DNA from: an uncultured delta proteobacterium
GTDB lineage: Bacteria > Desulfobacterota > Binatia > UBA9968
DNA: 64,000 bases
Direction: 5' to 3'
NCBI GenBank assembly: GCA_963728565.1
Contig: CAVSLC010000025.1
Coordinates: forward strand, 96,001 to 160,000
Positions 54,401 through 64,000 of this stretch are shown here, piece by piece; position 1 is the first letter of the stretch, and the number at the start of each line of letters is the position of its first letter. The notes beneath the pieces are model-generated. The model worked only from the letters and a program-made list of their open reading frames with translations. It had not been told where the DNA came from and made no database searches. The position numbers and the translations under genes were made by a program.

Positions 54401-55570
54401 TCAACTCCGCTTCCAGTAAATCCATAATCCGATGAGCGCCACCACGGCGGTCGCCGCATACATGAGGGAAAAATTCTGATCGACTAAATCGAGAAACGCT
54501 CCGAGTGTCAACGAGCCTAGGCCAATGCCGAGATCGTAGAAGCACTGATATTGCGCCATGGATTGGCCGCGGCGCTGCGGCGATGTCTGATCCACCGCCA
54601 CCGTCATGAGCGCCGGCTGGGCTGCGCCGGTGCCGAAACCGCCGACCACTGCCGCCGCCATGAGCCATGCAGGTGAAGAGGCCAGCGCCAGAATGCCGAT
54701 CCCGAGCAGGTTTAGAATCAATCCAGGAATAATGACGGCGCGCCGGCTGATCCGGTCTGAAAGCGGTCCGGCCACTGGCCGGCTCAACAGCAGGCAAAGT
54801 GCATAGAGGCCGAACCAAAGTCCGGGATTTTCAAGGCCGAGTTTCAGTGCATGAATAGGTAGAAAGGTGAGGATGCCGCCATGGCCGAACGATAGAAAGG
54901 CGACGGCTACCGCGGGCAGAAGGGTTTCGGGAATCACCAGCAGGTCAATCCATCTTTGACGGTGATCGTTTCGCGGGCCGTGCTCCGGCTCCTTAACGAA
55001 CGCAGCGAGAATCAGGCTGACAAACAACAGCGCGGCCGCACCGAAAAACACTCCGGAGAAGTCGAAGCGCTGCAACAACGCGAACCCCGCCACCGGGCCG
55101 ATGGCTCCGCCCAGACTGCTTGCCATGGCGGCATAACCGATCAACTCGCCGCGCCGCTTCTGCGGCGCGATATCGGCTGCCAATGTCGCCACGGCAGTCG
55201 TGCAGCCGGACCAGCCAACACCGTGAAGCATGCGAAACGGCAGCATCAGAAGAATGCTCGGGGCCCATAGATAGCCGAAGTTGCCAACGGCGAAGAGGAC
55301 GACGCCGGCGATGAGAAACGGCTTCCTGCCGATTCTGTCGATGAACAGTCCCACCGGTATTCGCGTAGCGGTGGCGGTGATGGTGAAAACCGCCATGACA
55401 GCACCGATCACTGTGGAAGAAGCGCCGAAGCTGACAAGATACAGCGGCAGGATCGGGCGAGTGAGATGATGCGCGAGAAAAAAGCTAAATCGGTTTATCC
55501 AGGTGAAGAAGAAATCTCTTATCCAAATTTCCCAAGGTGTTTGCTCCTGCTCTGGCACAGTTGCCGCCAT
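54401..55570 (-). CDS. MFS transporter
   Basis: IDRIGRK, LSDRISRR, ~12 TM segments. Confidence 0.9.
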   Translation of the reverse strand: MAATVPEQEQTPWEIWIRDFFFTWINRFSFFLAHHLTRPILPLYLVSFGASSTVIGAVMAVFTITATATRIPVGLFIDRIGRKPFLIAGVVLFAVGNFGYLWAPSILLMLPFRMLHGVGWSGCTTAVATLAADIAPQKRRGELIGYAAMASSLGGAIGPVAGFALLQRFDFSGVFFGAAALLFVSLILAAFVKEPEHGPRNDHRQRWIDLLVIPETLLPAVAVAFLSFGHGGILTFLPIHALKLGLENPGLWFGLYALCLLLSRPVAGPLSDRISRRAVIIPGLILNLLGIGILALASSPAWLMAAAVVGGFGTGAAQPALMTVAVDQTSPQRRGQSMAQYQCFYDLGIGLGSLTLGAFLDLVDQNFSLMYAATAVVALIGLWIYWKRS

Positions 55571-55836
55571 TCAGTTGAAAAGCTCATCATTGGGCAGGGC
55601 TGAATCAAAGTCAATCTGCTGTTGCAGGATGGGATCATTTCGGATTATGTAATTGCCGTTGGCGAACGGAAACAGTCGTCTCAGGACGAGGATTTGCTCG
55701 CGAAGTCGCTCCAGTTCCGAGTGTTGCTTTCTTGCTTAGCGCCTTTGCGGGGATAATCCGGCATGGAGTTCCGGACTGTGCCACGTGGATTGATCATCGG
55801 TAAACAACGAGTCAAATTTTCTGCCTTTGGAGGACT

Positions 55837-56802
55837 TTGATGTTTATTAGTCGGCGACATTTTCTCAGCAAAATCGTTATCGGCGTGGCGGCAGCGCCTT
55901 GGCTCGGCAATTTCAGCTGGGCGCAGACTAAAGGCAAGCTCGGTTACATGAAAATCGTCGATGTCGCGGCGATGTTCATGGCGATGGAGAAAGGATTTTT
56001 CAAGTCAGAAGGTTTGGAGCTCGAGACGGTGCCCATGGCCGGCGGTGCGGTGATCGTGCAAGGTGTTACCTCCGGCGATTTGCAGATCGGCTGGACCAAC
56101 GTTATTTCGCTTTATCAAGCCTATGTGGAGGGATTCGATTTCAAGCTTGTGGCGCCTGGCGCAAGCAACGGCCGCGGCAAAAATGAGAGTCATGCCATTC
56201 TTGTGACTAAAGCGTCGCCGATTAAAAGCGCCAAAGATCTGGAGGGGAAAACCGTCGCCGTCAATACGCTTAACAATATCGTTCATCTGATGGCAATGGC
56301 TTGGATCGACAAGAACGGCGGCGCTTCGCATAAGGTTAAATTCGTCGAGGTGCCGTTTCCGCAAATGGAAGCGGCATTGATTGGCGGCAAACTCGACGCC
56401 GTCAGCATTCATGAGCCGTTTGCCACCGCCGCCATGGAAAAGGGCACGGCCCGAGTTCTCGCCCATCCCTGGGGCGACGTGCTCGCGCGGTTTCACATTG
56501 CCGGCTGGTTCGCTTCCGAGAAGTGGATACAGAAAAACAAGCCAATGACTCAGTCTTTCATCCGAGCCATCGCTCGCGGGGCCGAGGCCATTGAGGCCGA
56601 TCCCGAAGCCAGCCGCGCTGCGATGATAAAATGGGCCGGATTGAATCCCGGTCTCGCCGACAAGATCGGCTTGCCCATTTTCGATAAATCGTTATCGGAA
56701 AAAGATCTCCAGTCGACCATCGATCTGACCCATAAATATAAATTGATTTCCCGCGCCCTCAAAGCACGGGAAGTCATCAGCGATGTGGCGCCTAAAGGTT
56801 AA
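55837..56802 (+). CDS. ABC substrate-binding protein (SsuA/NMT1-like, Tat-like signal)
   Basis: SRRHFL twin-arginine motif; KDLEGKTVAVN. Confidence 0.9.
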   Translation: MMFISRRHFLSKIVIGVAAAPWLGNFSWAQTKGKLGYMKIVDVAAMFMAMEKGFFKSEGLELETVPMAGGAVIVQGVTSGDLQIGWTNVISLYQAYVEGFDFKLVAPGASNGRGKNESHAILVTKASPIKSAKDLEGKTVAVNTLNNIVHLMAMAWIDKNGGASHKVKFVEVPFPQMEAALIGGKLDAVSIHEPFATAAMEKGTARVLAHPWGDVLARFHIAGWFASEKWIQKNKPMTQSFIRAIARGAEAIEADPEASRAAMIKWAGLNPGLADKIGLPIFDKSLSEKDLQSTIDLTHKYKLISRALKAREVISDVAPKG

Positions 56803-56992
56803 AAGATTCGCAGGAAAACGGCCCGGCCGCCCGTGACACTTTCTCTGCTGCGGGAGGGAACCTGCCATCGCGTCACTAATGAAAATTGACGATTTACCGA
56901 ACACCGAACACGTCGATGCCGTGGTCGGTCTTCCGATGATTGTTGGTTCCGCGTTCTGCTATCAGCTTGATGGTTAGCTGTCACTGGCTTTC

Positions 56993-57772
56993 ATGCCTCT
57001 TGTAGAGATCCAGAACCTTGCCAAGGCCTATCGGCAGATGGGTGGCGAGACCACCGTGGCCATCGGAGAGATCTCATGCGAGATCGAGACCGGCGAATTT
57101 GTCAGCTTCGTCGGGCCCTCGGGTTGCGGCAAAACCACTTTGTTGATGTCGATTGCGGGACTGATCGCTCCCAGCGCCGGACAAGTTGTTATACACGGAA
57201 AAGAGGTGAGTGGGCCACCTCCGAACCTGGTCTTGGTTTTCCAAGATTTCAATAAATCTCTGTTCGCGTGGCGCTCCGTGCTTGGAAACGTTCGCTTCGG
57301 TTTAGAGGCGCGGGGAAATCATTCGCGCCAAGGCGACGGCAAAGCTCGTTCGCTGATCGATCTTGTCGGCCTCAAAGGTTTCGAAAATCATTACCCCTGG
57401 GAGCTTTCGGGCGGAATGCAGCAGCGGGTCGCCATTGCCCGCGCGCTTGCTTACGAGCCCGAAGTTTTGCTTATGGACGAGCCCTTTGGCTCTCTTGACG
57501 CGCTGACCCGGCTGGAGTTGGAGGATACGCTTCTACGGCTTTGGGAGGAGTTGGGCACGACGATCTTGTTTATCACGCATGACATCGAAGAGGCCATCTA
57601 CCTTTCGGACCGAATTTTGTTGCTCAGCCAACGGCCATCGCGGATTATCGAGGAACTGCCGATAGATTTTTCCAGGCCGCGCAATCAAATGTTAACCCGG
57701 GCACAACCGGGCTTTATGGAAATCAGAAATCGTATTTACCAACGTATCCACAACGAAAGCGCGTTGTCGTGA
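56993..57772 (+). CDS. ABC ATP-binding protein (TauB/SsuB-like)
   Basis: GPSGCGKT, LSGGMQQR, LLMDEPF. Confidence 0.95.
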   Translation: MPLVEIQNLAKAYRQMGGETTVAIGEISCEIETGEFVSFVGPSGCGKTTLLMSIAGLIAPSAGQVVIHGKEVSGPPPNLVLVFQDFNKSLFAWRSVLGNVRFGLEARGNHSRQGDGKARSLIDLVGLKGFENHYPWELSGGMQQRVAIARALAYEPEVLLMDEPFGSLDALTRLELEDTLLRLWEELGTTILFITHDIEEAIYLSDRILLLSQRPSRIIEELPIDFSRPRNQMLTRAQPGFMEIRNRIYQRIHNESALS

Positions 57773-58548
57773 ACGGTGGCAGAGCTTTTAATTGGCCGGG
57801 GTGGATCGTTTTTGCGCTTGTTTTGCTCATCTGGGAGTTCGGCTCCCGCCACAATCCGGCGCTGCAACCCTACCTTCCCCCCGTGAGTCGCATTTTCACC
57901 AGCTTGGGCGAGCTAATATTCTCCGGCCGGATTCTCAGTCATCTGATGATCACGCTGAGCCGCTTTCTGCAGAGTTATTTGCTTGCCGCTTCGATAGCGG
58001 TGATCCTGGGAACGGTGCTGGGATATTTCCGTTTGGCGCACAGCCTGTTCGAGGCGGTGATCGAATTCTTGCGCCCCATGCCTTCCGTGGCGATCATTCC
58101 CGTGGCGGTTTTATTGCTCGGCATCAGCGACGCGATGATTATTGCGGTCACGGTTTACGCCAGCCTCTGGCCGGTGCTGATCAATACCATCGATGGGGTC
58201 CGGCACCTTGAGCGGACGTTGATCGATACCGGCAGAACCTTTGGTCTCAATCGGCGAAGAATTCTTTGGCTGGTCGTCCTGCCGGCGGCAGCGCCCTACA
58301 TTATCACCGGTCTGCGCATCAGTCTGTCGATTGCCTTGATCCTGGTCACGACTGCCGAGATGATTGCCGGCAGCAAAGGGCTGGGCTTTTTCATCCTTGA
58401 CGAAGAGCGCTCCATGAACAGCGGCAACATGTACGCTGGTGTGATTCTAGTATCAGCCCTGGGATATCTGCTCAACCGATTGTTTGTCCTTGGCGAAGGC
58501 CGGGCGATGAATTGGCGCCGCGGCATGCTTGCCCGAGAGGCCCTCTGA
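57769..58548 (+). CDS. ABC permease (TauC/SsuC-like)
   Basis: LRPMPSVA, VLPAAAPYI, AEMI..GLG. Confidence 0.92.
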   Translation: MNGGRAFNWPGWIVFALVLLIWEFGSRHNPALQPYLPPVSRIFTSLGELIFSGRILSHLMITLSRFLQSYLLAASIAVILGTVLGYFRLAHSLFEAVIEFLRPMPSVAIIPVAVLLLGISDAMIIAVTVYASLWPVLINTIDGVRHLERTLIDTGRTFGLNRRRILWLVVLPAAAPYIITGLRISLSIALILVTTAEMIAGSKGLGFFILDEERSMNSGNMYAGVILVSALGYLLNRLFVLGEGRAMNWRRGMLAREAL

Positions 58549-58551
58549 CAG

Positions 58552-59325
58552 ATGCGCGAATCCAAACTTAACGGCTTGCTGTTCTTTCTCGGCCTGCTGA
58601 TCGTTTGGGAATTGCTTGCGCAAGGCGGATTGATCAATCCCTTGATCGTGCCGCCGCTGAGCAGGATTTTTCGAGTTTTCTCCGATTTAGTCTGGTCGGG
58701 TCAGATTCCGCTACAAGTCGCGGCCAGCATGAAACGAGCGGCGGCAGGGTATGTTATGGCGGCTCTGGTGTTTATCCCCCTGGGAATTCTGATGGGTCTC
58801 TCGCAGACTGTTTATCGCCTTTTTGAAGTCATCGTCGAGATGCTCCGCCCTGTGCCGCCGCCGGTGATGATTCCGGTGGCGATGCTGTTCTTCGGCTTGG
58901 AAGACGAGATGAAGATTTTTGTCATCTTCTTTTCCTGCGCCTGGCCGATTCTGCTCAATACTCTGGATGGCGCGCGTAATGTCGATCGAGTGCTGTTGAA
59001 CACGGCGCGTACGTTTGGATTATCGCAGTGGAGGATCATCTGGAATGTTATCCTGCCGGCAGCCTCGCCGCAGATTGTTACAGGATTGAAGGTCAGCCTG
59101 CCGATCACCCTCATCCTGGTGGTCATCTCTGAGATGGTCGGGAGCACCGACGGGATCGGCTACTTTATTCTCGATTCACAGCGCCGATTTAGAGTAGCGC
59201 AGATGTATGCCGGTATGCTTACCCTGGCGATTCTCGGTTACACGCTCAATCAACTCTTCAATCTGCTCTACAAGCTAGTCATGCCGTGGCACGTGGGATT
59301 GATGCGGATGAAGGAGGGCGGATGA
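58552..59325 (+). CDS. ABC permease (TauC/SsuC-like)
   Basis: LRPVPPP, ILPAASPQI, SEMV..GIG. Confidence 0.92.
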   Translation: MRESKLNGLLFFLGLLIVWELLAQGGLINPLIVPPLSRIFRVFSDLVWSGQIPLQVAASMKRAAAGYVMAALVFIPLGILMGLSQTVYRLFEVIVEMLRPVPPPVMIPVAMLFFGLEDEMKIFVIFFSCAWPILLNTLDGARNVDRVLLNTARTFGLSQWRIIWNVILPAASPQIVTGLKVSLPITLILVVISEMVGSTDGIGYFILDSQRRFRVAQMYAGMLTLAILGYTLNQLFNLLYKLVMPWHVGLMRMKEGG

Positions 59326-59484
59326 GATCCGGGTACTCGGTGTTGGTTTTGGTTAAGAGAAATCAGCGACGCAATTCTGTCGAGCTTTTGTCCGCGGCGT
59401 TGCGCTGGCAAGCCTGCGGTTTAAAGTGGAGCGTTCGGTATCCGACCCCGACACCCAATCCCCAACACCACCACCCCAGTCCGC

Positions 59485-60396
59485 TCAGACCTTGTGCATG
59501 CCGCCGCCAGGAGGAGGCTGTGGTTGGTTTTTCCCGGGCAGCCAGTCCGCATCCTTGCGCGGGCTGTTGCCTTTGACCTGAAACTTCGCCCGGCCCATGT
59601 TGGCGAATTCGATCTCGATAGTGTCGCCGGAATTCACCGGCTTCAAGCCTTCATGAAAAGTGCCGGTGGCGACGATGTCTCCCGGATTGAGTTTTACGAA
59701 TCGTGAAAGCCAGGCAATCTGATTGGGGATCTTGTGCGCCATCGCGCTGGTATTATAGTTTTGTCGCGGCTCGCCGTTGGTCCACGATTTTACGTTAAGA
59801 TTGTGCGGATCGGGGATCTCGTCCTTGGTGATGATCCACGGCCCGACACATCCATGCGTGTCCTGCCCCTTGGGAACAAACTGCGTCCGACGCACCATGC
59901 CCCGCGTCGAGATATCGAAGAAAGGCACATAGCCGAAAACGTAATCTAATGCTTTGGACTCCGAAACGTTTCTAGCGGACTTGCCGATGACGAACGCGAG
60001 CTCGGCTTCGGGTTGATAAACTACCGCGGCGGGGATGTCGGTTAATTCCACCGCGCCGTCGGGGCCGACGAGGTCGGGCGATTTGTAGAAATACTCGTTG
60101 GGGAAATTATCGGCGGTGCGCTCCGGACGATCGATATAGTTACTGAAAGCCGCGATGCACTTGCTCGGACGTGGGAGGGGCGCGCGGATTTGGACGCTGC
60201 TCAATGGCACGCCTTCCTGCTCGTTCATGATCTTTTCAAAGCGGCGGCGGTATTTGCGCCAGCCTTCGATGATCTCTTCCATCACCCGTTGCGGCCCCTT
60301 GGCCTTGCGCGCGCTGATGGCATCGCTGACGTCGACAACCCTATCGTTGTTCTTGATAACCCCGATCCGATCGTCGTCATATCGTAGAATCTTCAC
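59485..60396 (-). CDS. Fumarylacetoacetate hydrolase family protein
   Basis: EAELAFVIGK, DISTR, GPWI, PGDIVATGT. Confidence 0.9.
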   Translation of the reverse strand: MKILRYDDDRIGVIKNNDRVVDVSDAISARKAKGPQRVMEEIIEGWRKYRRRFEKIMNEQEGVPLSSVQIRAPLPRPSKCIAAFSNYIDRPERTADNFPNEYFYKSPDLVGPDGAVELTDIPAAVVYQPEAELAFVIGKSARNVSESKALDYVFGYVPFFDISTRGMVRRTQFVPKGQDTHGCVGPWIITKDEIPDPHNLNVKSWTNGEPRQNYNTSAMAHKIPNQIAWLSRFVKLNPGDIVATGTFHEGLKPVNSGDTIEIEFANMGRAKFQVKGNSPRKDADWLPGKNQPQPPPGGGMHKV

Positions 60397-60590
60397 GGTG
60401 TGCTCCCTCCAGTGCGAATCTGCGCCTATCTTTGCGATAACCGCAGAATAATGTCAAATCCGCGCCCGATGATTCTAAGCCAGAGCAGAGGGCGCGTTCG
60501 AAGACAACCGTGCGCCGGAGAGAATTCCGGAGCGATACTGTTTTCTCCGAGATAAAGCTCGTAGTAGACTTTCGACAGCGTCCTTGCGCC

Positions 60591-61184
60591 ATGAACCTTG
60601 TATTGAGGAAATACTCTCCGGCTGATGTGGATGACTGCGTGTCGGTCCTTGCCGACGCGTTCGTTTCCAGTCCGTTGCACTTGTCCGCATTCGGCAGCGG
60701 TCGTATCGACCAGAATCGGCGTTTCTTTCGACTCGCCCTGCGCAACATGTTTTTCGGTCGAGCCTTCGTCGCGTTACACGACGGGGCGCTCTGCGGCTAT
60801 ATTCATTTCCGCGCCTGGCCTTACTGTCTGCCGACGCCGGAGGAGATTCCTAATGCGGCCGCAACACTGTTGAAGTCTATGGGCGAGGCGGTGCCGAAAT
60901 TCATTCAGTGGTTTGCCCGATGGTGCCACCTTGATCCGCAGGAACCGCACGTTCATCTCGGGCCCATCGGTGTAGCTCCGGGAAGACAGCGACAGGGAAT
61001 TGGTAGCGCGTTGATGGATCTTTATATCGCGGAACTCGAGCAGGAAAGGTCGATCGGCTATCTTGAAACCGATCGAGTTGAAAACGTCTCGTTCTACAAA
61101 AAATTTGGCTTCGTGGTTAAGCATGAGGAAGTGGTCATCGGTACGACCACCTGGTACATGTCGAGACCTCTAATTGAGCGGTGA
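60591..61184 (+). CDS. GNAT N-acetyltransferase
   Basis: GVAPGRQRQGIG, YLET, FYKKFGF. Confidence 0.88.
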   Translation: MNLVLRKYSPADVDDCVSVLADAFVSSPLHLSAFGSGRIDQNRRFFRLALRNMFFGRAFVALHDGALCGYIHFRAWPYCLPTPEEIPNAAATLLKSMGEAVPKFIQWFARWCHLDPQEPHVHLGPIGVAPGRQRQGIGSALMDLYIAELEQERSIGYLETDRVENVSFYKKFGFVVKHEEVVIGTTTWYMSRPLIER

Positions 61185-61429
61185 TGACGGCGTGAGGATT
61201 CGCTGCAGAAAACAATGAGTGCTTCTGAAAATTCCTGCCGGCTTTGCTAGCGAGGCCCCGATTCTGCGCATTTGTGTTGCACTGCATGTCGGGCTTCGTC
61301 CAGGTCTGCACTATCCATGTCTGTGTCCTTCACCCTATCGGTAGTGTTATTGACAATTTCGAAACTCACAAGTTGGCTCGCTAATTGCTCTCTCCTGCGC
61401 CCTCAGTGATCATCGAGTTCTAAACACCT

Positions 61430-61711
61430 ATGGAAGTCATCATTGGGCTGGCGCGATCCGACTACGAAAAACTCTTGCACGACATCTCCCCTCAGCATTC
61501 CGTCTATAGTGTTCTCCGCCGTTCTCCGGAGCTTGACCGTTGGGCCGATGAAAGGCCCTTCTCGATGTGCGTTGTCATTGAGTGCAGTCAAGAGGAAGCA
61601 TTGGAGCTCTATCAAGCCGCGAAGCAGCACTGCCCGCATGTCCTACGCGACATAGAATACGGCCTTAACTCGGTCCACGGTACGCCATTCATAGAAAGAG
61701 AGTCACGATGA
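61430..61711 (+). CDS. Small hypothetical protein
   Basis: 93-aa open frame with ATGA coupling to the next small ORF. Confidence 0.45.
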   Translation: MEVIIGLARSDYEKLLHDISPQHSVYSVLRRSPELDRWADERPFSMCVVIECSQEEALELYQAAKQHCPHVLRDIEYGLNSVHGTPFIERESR

Positions 61712-62125
61712 AATCTTTACTTTTTTCGGCTGCCATCATCATGGCTGTAGCGCGCTTATGCAGAGATCGAGACCGGGATCCCATAGGTGTTCGAGCTGAG
61801 AGTTTGCCAGTTTATTTTCCCCAGCAGAGGGTTGAAAACCTGAACAAGGATCCGCGCCGTCCTTATGATCTATTCAATTTCTATTATCCCCCCGGCCAAA
61901 CAAGCGTCCGATTTCACTAAAGCCCATCCATCACTTCAGAGACTTCAAGCTCAGCATCTGTTATTTGCTTTTGCTGCGGCAGTTCGGTTGATTCAATCGG
62001 CCTGACACTTTCGGTGTGAAGCTTTCCGACAGACGTGGATCCCAGGAGAGGTTTTGTAGCGAGACGGCTGATGCAATTGTCGGCGATCGCGCGGCGCTGA
62101 CTATTTTCCTGTCTGCGTGTAAGCC

Positions 62126-63043
62126 TCAGGCCGGTGTCAGAAATTCCAGACTTTCAGGCTCTACGGTTATATCGATTACCGTTAACGAGGGCGGATAATT
62201 TGCGCCGCTTTCGGGCCATGCTTGATCGTCAATGTGAATCGGGGTCCCTTCCCATTCGATATGTATTTGCTTTCCTCTTCGAACGGGCAAGCCGGTCGGC
62301 GCTGGGCTGCCTTCCTTGCACTCCTCGAGACAGCGATCAAGTGTATCATGCGCGCCTCGGGTCAGACACACCACATCGAACAAGCCATCGCCGGGATCGG
62401 CATTAGGCGCTAAAAACAAATTCGGACCGATGGATTTTATGTTCATCACCTCGAACAGTATGTATTCGCCCGAGAGATCGCGGCCGTCGACTGTAACGTG
62501 GAGTTCTATCTCTGGACATGTCAGCAGCCGGGCTTGCAACATTTCCAGAACGGAGGTGATTTTTTCCTCAGGTTCTGTCAAATGGGCCAAGTCAACATTG
62601 CCTCTGGCGTCGAGCCGGGTCATCATGTCGGTGAACAAGCCGATGCCGAGGCCCTCGACAAAATGCGCCGAACCCCACGGACCATTGGCCGCGCCGGTAT
62701 CGAATTTCTTACGCCTCGCGGTGCTCCATCCCTCGATCAACTGCGTCAGTGAAACGTCCATGAGGTTGAGTGTCTTGGCGATGTTGTTGGCTGTTCCTAG
62801 CGGTAAAACCGCGATCGGCGTTCCTTTGCCGATCATGAGCTTGGCAACTGCGCCAACGATGCCGTCGCCACCGGCCACCGCGATTAGATCTGCCGGTCGG
62901 TCCAACACGCTTTTCCAATCGCTGTCCTTAGAGGATTTATAAACGAGCTGGTGGCCGGTGCGACGAATCAGATCGACTGGATCTTCGCCGCATTTCAAAT
63001 CGTCGCTGCCGGCATCCGGATTATGTATCAGCGTAACTTTCAT
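62126..63043 (-). CDS. Diacylglycerol kinase family lipid kinase
   Basis: IHNPDAG, AGGDG, PLGTANN, DDQ near the C-terminus. Confidence 0.9.
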   Translation of the reverse strand: MKVTLIHNPDAGSDDLKCGEDPVDLIRRTGHQLVYKSSKDSDWKSVLDRPADLIAVAGGDGIVGAVAKLMIGKGTPIAVLPLGTANNIAKTLNLMDVSLTQLIEGWSTARRKKFDTGAANGPWGSAHFVEGLGIGLFTDMMTRLDARGNVDLAHLTEPEEKITSVLEMLQARLLTCPEIELHVTVDGRDLSGEYILFEVMNIKSIGPNLFLAPNADPGDGLFDVVCLTRGAHDTLDRCLEECKEGSPAPTGLPVRRGKQIHIEWEGTPIHIDDQAWPESGANYPPSLTVIDITVEPESLEFLTPA

Positions 63044-63145
63044 GACCTTCCTTACCTTGCTGAAGCGCGCAGGCAAATGTGAAATACTCATATTAACACT
63101 GCTGAACGAATTTGTAACTTGCAGCTCGGAAAGGAGGCTGGGTTC

Positions 63146-63883
63146 ATGCGTATTTTGGTTGCCAACGACGACGGCATTTACAGCCCGGGTATTGCCGCTC
63201 TAGCGGAGGTGGCAAGCAAGTTTGGCGAAGTGCGGGTAGTGGCGCCGGACGTGGAACGTTCTTCTGCCGGACATTCAATCACCGCCATGCGGCCGCTTTC
63301 GTACAGGCGCACGCCGATCGGCAATTATGAAGCTTATCGGGTCGACGGCACGCCGGCCGATTGTGTCGCGCTGGGTATCTTTAACTGGGAAAAAGTGGAC
63401 GTGGTGCTTTCGGGGATAAATCTCGGCAGCAATTTGGGCAATTCCATATGGCATTCAGGTACTTTGGCTGCAGCCAAACAGGCGACGCTTCTGGGTTTGC
63501 GCGGGATCGCCTTGAGCTCAACTGTCACCATCGATGAGCCGAACTTCGATCTTTTGAAACCTTCCCTTGAAGAGGTTTTGACGCTTCTTCTAACCGAGAA
63601 CAAGGATTACTCCTTGGTCAATGTGAATTTTCCCGATGAAAAACCCAAAGGCCTTCGATGGACGCGCCAGTCGGTGCGCCATTACGATGGCAAGATCGCC
63701 ACAGGCGACGACCCGTTTGGGCGCAAGCACTTCTGGTTCAATGTCGTTCCCGTCGAAGGCACCGAAGAGGGGACTGATCGCTGGGCGGTCGAGCAAGGTT
63801 ACGTCTCCCTGACTCCCTTGCGGCTCGACCTGACTAACGAAAAGGAATTGGCGGCGGCCTTGGCGCGTTATCCGCTGGGGTGA
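63146..63883 (+). CDS. surE: 5'/3'-nucleotidase SurE
   Basis: ILVANDDG, VVAP, GTPADC, SGINLGSN, SGT; AGGAGG RBS. Confidence 0.95.
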   Translation: MRILVANDDGIYSPGIAALAEVASKFGEVRVVAPDVERSSAGHSITAMRPLSYRRTPIGNYEAYRVDGTPADCVALGIFNWEKVDVVLSGINLGSNLGNSIWHSGTLAAAKQATLLGLRGIALSSTVTIDEPNFDLLKPSLEEVLTLLLTENKDYSLVNVNFPDEKPKGLRWTRQSVRHYDGKIATGDDPFGRKHFWFNVVPVEGTEEGTDRWAVEQGYVSLTPLRLDLTNEKELAAALARYPLG

Positions 63884-64000
63884 TCTTCACTCGGCGCAAG
63901 GCGTTGCCCTCCATAGAATACGGACGGTGGAGCGAGCATCTATTTTGTCATCAACCAGGTGTTGCAGTTTCAGATATACATACTCCCGACTGTGACCGCG

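Overview
Bacterial genomic window, GC-rich over ~6.87-64 kb and probably from a long-read metagenomic assembly with many 1-nt indels. The gene content (very many Amidohydro_2 enzymes, orphan SsuA/NMT1-type binding proteins, an F420-type LLM, heme-oxygenase-like enzymes) suggests Candidatus Binatia or a similar soil deltaproteobacterial lineage; this is inference. Positions ~640-6870 are corrupted: C is nearly absent on the + strand and there are long poly-T/poly-A runs. Reverting apparent C>A/C>T changes exposes a hidden co-oriented cassette: beta-propeller (BNR) protein, HprK-like kinase, radical SAM enzyme with a C-terminal Cys cluster, PqqD/RRE and nucleotidyltransferase. This resembles a peptide-modification (RiPP-like) system. 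In the clean sequence, two genes broken in the ORF track are best explained as selenoproteins: an exported DUF411/CopG-like protein (U-G-C-C) and an AhpD/CMD-like protein (C-P-F-U). Each has a hairpin 10-12 nt after the UGA. The rest is catabolic and transport clusters (two diiron HDO enzymes, a tandem SDR pair, a TPP enzyme, OCD, VOC, an ABC cassette), two hybrid histidine kinases, a GHKL ATPase, DUF2130, TPR proteins, MFS, MscS, TatD, SurE and a ~125-150 bp MITE-like repeat in 3-4 copies. No rRNA, tRNA or CRISPR array was recognised.
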